From positions 1 through 31,952 of the forward strand of contig JBGTIS010000298.1 of NCBI GenBank assembly GCA_041745535.1: a DNA stretch of 31,952 bases. Reading direction: 5' to 3'. The stretch comes from Cyclobacteriaceae bacterium (lineage in GTDB: Bacteria; Bacteroidota; Bacteroidia; Cytophagales; Cyclobacteriaceae). The position numbers were made by a program, and so were the translations under genes. The notes under the pieces are model-generated. The model had not been told where the DNA came from. It made no database searches and was given only the letters and a program-made list of their open reading frames with translations. Shown here in pieces: positions 16,960 through 24,936 of this stretch. Within the stretch, counting starts at the first letter, position 1, and each line of letters opens with the position of its first letter.

Positions 16960-19900
16960 ATGCCTGAAAATATGCCTGTTGTTGATGCTGGTCTAACCCA
17001 TGAAAAAGTAAAGCTGGAAGGTGGTTCGTACGAAATATTACAAAACCGTTTGAACCAACAGCGTGAAAAGCTTTTTGCTCAATTGGAAAAGCTGAATCAG
17101 TCGCGTAAAGAGGTTTTTGGTGCTATCGAAACCCAACTGATTGCTACCGAGCGTATTTCTACCGATCATAATTGCATTCCCTATGATATGGTGCCGGTAG
17201 GGCAACAGTTTATTTTTGGCTATAATGTGCATTTAGGCTTAAAATCGGAAATAGAACTTTCGGATGTTTTTAGTATGTATGAATATCAGGATCGTAGTTT
17301 CTACCGCCTTTCCCTGGAGCTAATCGAGAATGCTGATTTCGTCCGCGATTTCCAAAAATTGTATAAGTATTACAAGCATACGCGGTTTTCCCGATTTACC
17401 ACAGCAGGCCCTTACCTGTATATGATTTTTCAGGTAGGAAAAAGCGCATCCGATATCAAAGCTTTCAAATGGGGTATTAAAAGCAATACTTTACAATACC
17501 TGGACGATCGCAGCGATCATGAAATTACATTTCCGGCGCAACACGAATTTACCTGGAAAAGAACTACCCGCGATGACCAGCGGGAAGGGAAATTCCCGCA
17601 TATTTCTATTGAAAACCGCGTGTTTGTAGAAACTATTGGTGGTGACCTGACCATTAAGGTTGAGGATAATACCGATGAAGGGCAAGGCATTTATACAGAG
17701 CCTGTAGATGAAAAAGACCAAACCCTGGACGATGCTGAAATCTACTATGTTATTCTGGATCATATCATTCTATTGAAAATCAAACCCTACCAGGAAAAAG
17801 ACTTCCGGTTCCTGGCCTATAATGAGAAGCTTCGGACAGTCCGCCGGATTGATGCCATCAAACATGCCTGCCTGCTGCTACCCGACGATCAGGGTATTAT
17901 TTTTTCTGAAGGGTATTACCTGCAAACCGGTGAGTTCAAGCAGTTTGAAAGCCGGTTGGAAACCCGGTTGGAAACCCTGGTTTATGAGAAAAAAGTAACC
18001 TCACCCAATGGTGAAGATTTTCTCTATGTTTTCTATAACCAGCAAAACGGAGTGTATCTGTTGCTTCCTTATAACCTGATTGAGCAAACTGTAAAAAACC
18101 CGATCGTTTGCCATGGTTATGCCATTTTTGAGAATGGTGAACTTTGCTATTTCAATGCCGATAATGAACCCAAAAAGCACCATGCCATCCGCATCTGGCA
18201 AACCCCGTTTACCGGACCCGATTTTAAACTGGAAAGTCATGGCGAATCGTATCTGTTTAAAATCGGCAACAAAGATATTGTACGGGCGATGGCCGAATGC
18301 AATGCCATCAATTCGCTTATTCAGAAAGGCGATCAGTATCAGGACTTATATGCCGATTTGCGTAAAGAGGCAACCTCTATTCTGGACAGTTACCATTGGC
18401 TAAATCACGCTGATGCTTTTTTACTGAGCGAACCTTTAAAAGCCATTCACGAAACCGCTACCGCAGCCATTGACGAATTTGAGAAAGTCCGGAAAATTAG
18501 AAAAAACACCGAGGATCAGGTAAAAGAGGTAACGCAGGAAGCCGACGCACTGATTAATTCATTGAAAAGGGAAAAGCCGGCCCATATTTATGATTTTGTG
18601 AACCTGCTGTCCCGGCTTCGGGAACTATTGGGGAAAGTGCTTTCGCTCAAAGAATTGCGGTATGTAGATATAGCACTGGTAGAAAATTACGAGCAGAAAC
18701 TTAATGAAAACACCCGCGAAGTTTCGCGCCAATGTGTACAATTTCTTTTGCGGGAAAAAGCCCTGGAGCCATACCATCAGCAGGTTCAGGAATTAGATAC
18801 TTCCGTAGAAAAAGTAACCAAAGTAGTGGAAGCTCACCAAGTTGAAACTGAAACAGATAAAACCAGTGCGGAACTGGAAATGCTGATGGAAACGGTGAGC
18901 AACCTTGAAATTGAAGATGCCACAGAAACTACCCGCATCATCGATGCTATTTCGGCTATTTTTTCTTCTTTAAATAAAGTAAAAGCCAGCCTGAAACGGA
19001 AAAGACAGGAATTACTGACCCAGGAAGGAAAAGCGGTTTTTATTGCCCAATCCAAACTTATTCAGCAGGCGCTGGTCAATTACCTGGATATTTCCGATAC
19101 GCCGGAAAAGTGCGATGAATATGCCGCCAAACTGCTGGTACAACTGGAAGAACTGGAAGGCAAATTTTCTGAGTTTGAAGCGTTTTCCGAAAAAATAGCA
19201 GCCCAGCGCTACGAAGTGTATAATGCCTTTGAAGCTAAAAAAGTTTTACTGATTGAAACCAAAAACAAGCGGGCCAACCTGTTGTTGCAATCTGCCAATA
19301 GGGTTATCAAATCCATTCAGAGCCGTGTCAACAGTTTTAAAGACGTAAGTGAGCTCAATGGTTATTTCGCTGCCGATTTTATGGTGAATAAAATCAGGGA
19401 AATCGCGCGGGAACTGCTTACCCTGGGCGATACGGTAAAAGCTGATGATATACAGAGCAGACTCAAAACCACCCGGGAAGATGCCGTGCGGCAACTGAAA
19501 GATAAGGCCGAACTCTTCGTGAACGGAGCCGGCATTATTCGCTTTGGTAATTTCCAGTTTTCGGTCAATACAAGTGCATTGGGCATTACCACCGTTGTTA
19601 AAGACGAGCAGATGTATTTCCATCTTACGGGCACCAATTTCTATGAGCTGGTCAGTGATCCCGAAATTACAGCCCACCGGGTATTGTGGAATCAGCACCT
19701 GGTTTCTGAAAATCAGCAGGTATACAGGGCCGAATACCTGGCTTTTAAAATACTGGAAGCAGGCGGAAAGCGGTTCAATACCGCAGATGGCAACCATTTA
19801 AGTACAAAAGAATTGAATAACCTGCCGGAAAAAGAATTGCTGCAATATGTACAGCAGTTTATGGCCGTTCGCTATCAGGAAGGATACATCAAAGGCGTAC

Positions 19901-21900
19901 ACGATTTTGATGCTTCACTGATACTGAAAGGTCTGGTGGAAATTCTGACCACAGCTGGCTTGCTTCGGTATACGGCAGAAACTCGTGCCTGTGCCACGCT
20001 GTTCTGGAAAACCTTTTCGCGGGAAGATCAGAAACAGCTTTTTGACGATCAGATCAAAGGTGCTGGCGCTATTTTAACAGCTTTTCCGGAAAGCGATGAG
20101 TTTGATAATTTACTGGCAGCTTTACAGAAAGAGCTTGTGAATTTTGTCAGGGAAACCGGTTTATTTTCCGAAACCAGTGTGCCTCAGGCGGCGACTTACC
20201 TGTTTCACGAACTTACCCATGATAACGATTTTGTAACCGACCAGCAGGCAGTTACCATTGCGGAAGCCTTTTCAAAACATATCAAAGAAACCAAAAGTAA
20301 GGAAGCTTTTGACAATTCCATATCCCGGTTCAAAAATCATCCGGTATTACAATTTAATTTGGTCCGAAAGTGGATCAGGTCGTTTTTAAAGCAAACCAGG
20401 CAGGCAGCACAGCTTGAGTATGCCGATGAAGCCAGTGTGTTGCTTTTTTATGGTGATCCTGATCCCGCACATAAAGTAGCCATCGCGCAAAGTCATGAAA
20501 TACCAGCCTTGCGGGGTACGCATGCCGTTATTGTGGAAGGGAAATACCAACTCCACCTCCATCAGTTTATGGATAAACTCCAGCAATACGATGCGCTAAC
20601 GGTACCTGCTTTCAACCGCTTTTCTGAATTGAAGAAAGCACTTACCCAGCAGTTTGAAGCCGACCTAAGGCTTAACGAATTAAAACCGATCGTGATGTCG
20701 TCTTTTGTGCGTAACAAACTGATTGACAAAATTTATTTACCTTTGATTGGTGCCAACCTGGCAAAGCAGATAGGGACTGCCGGTGAAAACAAGCGCACCG
20801 ACCGCATGGGCATGCTGATGTTGATATCGCCGCCGGGGTATGGCAAAACCACCCTGATGGAGTACATTGCCCACCGGCTGGGCATCGTGTTTGTGAAAAT
20901 TAACGGGCCGGCCATCGGGCATAAAGTTACTTCCGTTGATCCGGCAGAAGCTACCAATGCGGCTGCACGGGAGGAACTGGAAAAGCTGAACCTGGCTTTT
21001 GAAATGGGCGACAATGTAATGATTTATGTAGACGATATCCAGCATTGTAACCCTGAATTTATGCAAAAATTTATTTCCCTCTGCGATGCGCAGCGCAAAA
21101 TTGAGGGCGTATACAAAGGGAAAAGCCGAACGTATGATTTTCGTGGCAAAAAGGTTTGTGTGGTAATGGCCGGGAACCCCTATACTGAAAGCGGTGAGAA
21201 ATTCCAGGTTCCGGATATGCTTTCCAATCGTGCCGATATTTACAACCTGGGCGATATTATTGGCGATTCCGCCCATGAATTTAAGCTCAGTTACCTGGAA
21301 AATGCCCTCACTTCCAATCCGGTGTTGCATCAGCTGGCCGGAAAAAGTCAGAAAGACCTGTACACGTTCGCGGATATTGCCGCTACGGGTATGCACGACG
21401 GCATCGACTTTGAAACCAATTATTCGCCAGAAGAAATCAGCGAATATGTGGCGGTACTTAAAAAGCTGCTGGTGGTACGCGACACCGTATTGGCGGTAAA
21501 CAGCGAATACATTCGGTCGGCCGGTCAGGCTGATATGTACCGCACCGAGCCTGCTTTCAAACTGCAGGGTTCTTACCGCGACATGAATAAGCTTGCCGAA
21601 AAAGTAATGCCTTTGATGAATGAGAAAGAGCTGCAAACGCTAATCATGACACACTATGAAAACGAAGCCCAAACCCTAACCACGGGTGCCGAGGCCAATC
21701 TGCTGAAGTTCAAAGAAATGACAAAGCAGATGACCGATAATGAAAAAACACGGTGGACTCAGATTAAAAACATATTTGCCGAGCAACAGCAAATGAAAGG
21801 CTACGGCGAGCACCAGGTAGGGCAGGCCATCGCCAAAATAGGAAACACACTGGTACAAAGTCTGGAAGGCATTAAAGAGGCTTTAAACAAAGAGAAGTAG
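16960..21900 (+). CDS. Giant (1646-aa) protein: an N-terminal ~1250 residues of unknown, mostly helical or coiled-coil sequence plus a single C-terminal MoxR/AAA_5-like AAA+ ATPase module
   Basis: Uninterrupted 4.9-kb ORF. The Walker A motif is LISPPGYGKTTLMEY (~aa 1290). The Walker B-like motif is MIYVDDIQHCNPEF, which is DD rather than DE. The sensor-1 region is VCVVMAGNPYTESGEKF (compare MoxR ATQNP.E.G). The motif VPDMLSNRADIY matches the MoxR LLDRF. No second P-loop exists anywhere in the protein. The N-terminal 1250 aa have no motif I can recognise. Confidence 0.8.
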   Translation: MPENMPVVDAGLTHEKVKLEGGSYEILQNRLNQQREKLFAQLEKLNQSRKEVFGAIETQLIATERISTDHNCIPYDMVPVGQQFIFGYNVHLGLKSEIELSDVFSMYEYQDRSFYRLSLELIENADFVRDFQKLYKYYKHTRFSRFTTAGPYLYMIFQVGKSASDIKAFKWGIKSNTLQYLDDRSDHEITFPAQHEFTWKRTTRDDQREGKFPHISIENRVFVETIGGDLTIKVEDNTDEGQGIYTEPVDEKDQTLDDAEIYYVILDHIILLKIKPYQEKDFRFLAYNEKLRTVRRIDAIKHACLLLPDDQGIIFSEGYYLQTGEFKQFESRLETRLETLVYEKKVTSPNGEDFLYVFYNQQNGVYLLLPYNLIEQTVKNPIVCHGYAIFENGELCYFNADNEPKKHHAIRIWQTPFTGPDFKLESHGESYLFKIGNKDIVRAMAECNAINSLIQKGDQYQDLYADLRKEATSILDSYHWLNHADAFLLSEPLKAIHETATAAIDEFEKVRKIRKNTEDQVKEVTQEADALINSLKREKPAHIYDFVNLLSRLRELLGKVLSLKELRYVDIALVENYEQKLNENTREVSRQCVQFLLREKALEPYHQQVQELDTSVEKVTKVVEAHQVETETDKTSAELEMLMETVSNLEIEDATETTRIIDAISAIFSSLNKVKASLKRKRQELLTQEGKAVFIAQSKLIQQALVNYLDISDTPEKCDEYAAKLLVQLEELEGKFSEFEAFSEKIAAQRYEVYNAFEAKKVLLIETKNKRANLLLQSANRVIKSIQSRVNSFKDVSELNGYFAADFMVNKIREIARELLTLGDTVKADDIQSRLKTTREDAVRQLKDKAELFVNGAGIIRFGNFQFSVNTSALGITTVVKDEQMYFHLTGTNFYELVSDPEITAHRVLWNQHLVSENQQVYRAEYLAFKILEAGGKRFNTADGNHLSTKELNNLPEKELLQYVQQFMAVRYQEGYIKGVHDFDASLILKGLVEILTTAGLLRYTAETRACATLFWKTFSREDQKQLFDDQIKGAGAILTAFPESDEFDNLLAALQKELVNFVRETGLFSETSVPQAATYLFHELTHDNDFVTDQQAVTIAEAFSKHIKETKSKEAFDNSISRFKNHPVLQFNLVRKWIRSFLKQTRQAAQLEYADEASVLLFYGDPDPAHKVAIAQSHEIPALRGTHAVIVEGKYQLHLHQFMDKLQQYDALTVPAFNRFSELKKALTQQFEADLRLNELKPIVMSSFVRNKLIDKIYLPLIGANLAKQIGTAGENKRTDRMGMLMLISPPGYGKTTLMEYIAHRLGIVFVKINGPAIGHKVTSVDPAEATNAAAREELEKLNLAFEMGDNVMIYVDDIQHCNPEFMQKFISLCDAQRKIEGVYKGKSRTYDFRGKKVCVVMAGNPYTESGEKFQVPDMLSNRADIYNLGDIIGDSAHEFKLSYLENALTSNPVLHQLAGKSQKDLYTFADIAATGMHDGIDFETNYSPEEISEYVAVLKKLLVVRDTVLAVNSEYIRSAGQADMYRTEPAFKLQGSYRDMNKLAEKVMPLMNEKELQTLIMTHYENEAQTLTTGAEANLLKFKEMTKQMTDNEKTRWTQIKNIFAEQQQMKGYGEHQVGQAIAKIGNTLVQSLEGIKEALNKEK

Positions 21901-22083
21901 CCTTTTCGAATGCTGCCAAAAATTAAATGCATGCATCACGCCCCGCTTAAGAATTGATTTATTGGGTACAGAACGATACATTAGCGCAAAGTCTGGATGG
22001 TATTAAAGAGGCTTTGAATGAAGGAAAATAAGATTTCCAATTTGTGCCGTAGTTAAATTTTTGTTCAATTAAAAAGTGAAAAT

Positions 22084-22662
22084 ATGGCGATACCATATTA
22101 TTTAGTAGACAATGCCCTTACAGAAAACCCCAATGATTTTCGGGGTGTGTTGGGGCTGAAGGGGGTTAAAACAGAGCTGGACATTGTTGTCAGGATTCTG
22201 AAAAACAATGTGGGTATCTCAGAGGCGGAGATTCTGGCGGTGTTAAAGCAGGAGCAGAGTGCCATTAAGGAATTTCTGGAAGATGGGTACAAAGTAGATG
22301 CCGGGCTGTTTGCCATTAAGCCTACCATGAAGGGAGTGTTCGATAGCGCGAAAGAAATTTTTACGGATGAAAAACATGCCTTACGATTCAGAATAGCCCC
22401 GCGGAAAGCACTGAAGGCAATTTTGAAAAATATTTCTCTGGTTAAAGTAGTGAATGGCGGAGTACGTCCTGTGATTACCGTTTTTGAGGATATGATCAGC
22501 AAAACCAACGACGACACCATTACCCCCGGAAAAACCGCCAAACTGTTTGGCGACAAGCTAAAGTTTGACGTGGAAGATGTGGAGCAGGGCATTTTCTTTA
22601 TTAAAGATAAGTATAAGGATAATTCAAATAGGAAGCATAAAAAAGGAATCATTTCTTGGTGA
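22084..22662 (+). CDS. HU-HIG-like (HU-fold) N-terminal domain protein with a DUF4469-like C-terminal domain
   Basis: 192 aa. The N-terminal pattern MAIPYYLVDNALTENPNDFRGVL....ELDIVVRILKNNVGISEAEILAVLKQEQSAIKEFLEDGYKVDAGLFAIKPTMKGVF resembles the Bacteroidota-specific HU-like 'HU-HIG' family. The C-terminal half (VITVFEDMISKTND.TITPGKTAKLFGDKLKFD) resembles the DUF4469 partner domain. It is the last co-directional gene after the giant ATPase. Confidence 0.5.
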   Translation: MAIPYYLVDNALTENPNDFRGVLGLKGVKTELDIVVRILKNNVGISEAEILAVLKQEQSAIKEFLEDGYKVDAGLFAIKPTMKGVFDSAKEIFTDEKHALRFRIAPRKALKAILKNISLVKVVNGGVRPVITVFEDMISKTNDDTITPGKTAKLFGDKLKFDVEDVEQGIFFIKDKYKDNSNRKHKKGIISW

Positions 22663-22911
22663 TCTATTTGATTTTTAATGAATAGAAAATACTTAGTCAA
22701 ATTTTCAAAAATAAAAATAGCGGCATCCAACAATGAAGAAGGGATAAAAAATTTTTATCTGACCTGGCGCTAAATTTAAGCTCTCATTCATCGAGTCTGT
22801 GAGCTCACTACATTTTGTCTAACCCCGTACCTGAAGGTATCCCCCATCATTTTTTAATGGTCAGTAAATCATACTTGCTGCTATTCCTTGCTGATGCTTG
22901 CAATTAATTGC

Positions 22912-24030
22912 AACTAAGTACTAAGACAAATTTAGTTTAAATCATGTAATTTTGTTCAAAAAAAGGTATGGGCAAAATCCGAGTCATAGAATTAACAGAG
23001 GCACAACGCTTAGCATTAGAAAAAGGCTATCAGCAAGGGAGAACTCACTTTTTCCGTCAATTGTGCCAGATGGTGCTTCTTAAAAGCCAAAGACGCTCTT
23101 CAAAAGAACTAGGAGCTATCATAGGTAAATGTGAGCAAACAGTGAATAGCTGGTTAGATCGTTGGGAGAGGGAAGGCATTACTGGTTTGCAAATCAAGCC
23201 GGGCCGGGGTGCTAAGCCTAAAATAGATCAACAAAAGGATATGGAAAAGGTCAAACAAGTGGTTAAAGGGAACCGACAACGCCTATCATTAGCCAAAGCT
23301 GAATTGGAAGTAATGCTTAACAAAAAGTTTAGTACCAAAACATTAAATCGCTTTGTAAAAAAAATGGTGGACGATTCAAACGCATTAGACGAGCTTTAAA
23401 AGGAAAACCCTTAGCTGAGGTATATGCGCTAAAGAAGGCATATTTATTTGAGATAGAACAATTAGCTGAAAAACAATGGATTGATTTATATTATGGCGAT
23501 GAAACACAAGTAAGCCTGACGCCTTGCGTGCCCTATGGCCGCGTCGGCGGTCCGATGGCAATTTTCTGACGAGCAAGTCCTCATGCCTACGGCAAAAGGA
23601 GGTAAACTCAACTGTTTTGGGCTTATATCCCGACGGAATCACTTAATCTGCAAGACTACCAGTCAATCTATTGACAGTGAATTTATTGTCCAACAAATGG
23701 AAACCTTATCCTTGAAAATTAACAAACCAACCGTTGTAGTGTTAGATAACGCGCAACCGCACACTGCTCATAAAGTCAAAGCAAGCTTCCAAGTTTGGCA
23801 AAATCGGGGCTTATATATCTTTTATCTGCCCACTTACTCTCCACAACTTAATATCGCTGAAACCCTGTGGAGAAAGCTTAAATATGAATGGCTTAGGCCA
23901 GAAGATTATCAATCAGAGGAAAATTTAGCCTATGCTGTTAATCGTGCTTTTGCTGCTGTGGGTTCTTTACTTAGTATTCAGTTTTCCCCTTTTAATTTAA
24001 ACTAATTATGTGCAGGTACTTAGTAGCAAG
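22912..24030 (+). mobile_element. IS630 (Tc1/mariner-like) family insertion sequence, degenerate copy; boundaries approximate
   Basis: The transposase reading frames are listed separately as a pseudogene. Putative imperfect terminal inverted repeats share the core ACTAAGTAC / GTACTTAGT, at ~22912-22927 (AACTAAGTACTAAGAC) and ~24014-24030 (GTACTTAGTAGCAAGT). Confidence 0.55.
22968..24005 (+). pseudogene. IS630-family DDE transposase disrupted by two frameshifts
   Basis: ORF1 (22968-23399, frame 0) encodes the HTH/winged-helix N-terminus (LTEAQRLALEKGYQQGRTHFFRQLCQ...NSWLDRWEREGITGL). A middle segment is open only in frame 2 (23402-23569) and carries the first catalytic D region (LFEIEQLAEKQWIDLYYGDETQVSL). 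ORF2 (23535-24005, frame 0 again) carries the rest of the DDE_3 domain (VVVLDNAQPHTAHKV...LYIFYLPTYSPQLNIAETLW). Two frame changes are needed to join the three pieces. Confidence 0.75.
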
Positions 24031-24102
24031 TAAGCCATATTTTAGGACAAATATCCAGCAAAAGAGTATTTGATAATTTTATCATAAAGTCCTAAAGACT
24101 TG

Positions 24103-24838
24103 TCAAAGTATCCCCCTTTTTTGATACAGTTGCTTGAGAAACTCCTTGACTTTGTTTCTGTTAAAATACTCTGGATCAAAAAGTATGTGTTCCTGCCAAT
24201 ACCCTTCTATCTGCACTGACTCAGTAATGTTATTTTTTAGTTTTTGCTCAGTAGAAATAATAGCTCCTAATCGCGCCCATATCTTGATTTGCTGATGAAA
24301 TAGTTTTAATAAAAACTGATCGTATAATTTAGGCCCACCTATTTCTTCTGGGAGACAAGCTCGTTTTCCGGCAAGACAGACCGGATACTGTATAGCAGGA
24401 TCGAAAGGTAATAGCTTTTTCCATCTAATCAGAGGTTTCCACACTTCTGTAAAGTCAATTCATAAGTGAATTTCAAGCGTTGGCCGCGCCATTGAGCAGA
24501 GGATTCAAGTCTTTCAAGCACACTTTCATGGGATGGTCACTGAACATCATGCCCCCAATATGGCTAACACCATAATTTTTGCCGTAGATTTTGAGGCAAT
24601 TCAAATGTGTATCACTCCATCCCATGACATGCTGAACAATGTAATGGAGTTCAGCCATGGTGGTGTCAGCTCGGACAATAAATTTTCTCCAAATCATCGG
24701 AGAGATGCCAACCAGATGAAATTTAAATTGATAGAGCGCTTCGGTTTCAGCAGCCATATTGGCAAGTGTGCTTTTAACCAATATAATAAATTTGATATTG
24801 GTGAACAATGACGCAGCCAGTATCTTGTATTGCCCCAC
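24103..24838 (-). pseudogene. pRiA4b ORF-3 family protein (PF07929-like), split by a frameshift into two ORFs
   Basis: The upstream ORF (24473-24838) contains the hallmark N-terminal motif YQFKFHLVGISPMIWRKFIVRADTTMAELHYIVQHVMGWSDTHL. The downstream ORF (24103-24444) contains CLAGKRACLPEEIGGPKLYDQFL, which is the family's C..PE..GG.W.Y motif region. The two ORFs are in different frames (24838 mod 3 = 1 versus 24444 mod 3 = 0). Confidence 0.65.
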
Positions 24839-24936
24839 GGTTTTTTATGCTCTCCTAGGAGCTAGTTTAAATCATTTGAGCCTATCATCTGTCGGCTTCC
24901 CCTCAATTTTGACCTATAATTCTCTATTCTACTTTT

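Noticed and set aside
20737-21636. 299-aa minus-strand ORF inside the AAA+ region of the giant gene
   Set aside because: It is nested antisense to the strongly supported Walker A/B-containing frame, and its translation has no recognisable features.
22098-22733. 211-aa minus-strand ORF overlapping the HU-HIG-like gene
   Set aside because: It is an antisense shadow ORF. The plus-strand frame has the HU-like and DUF4469-like patterns and fits the operon orientation.
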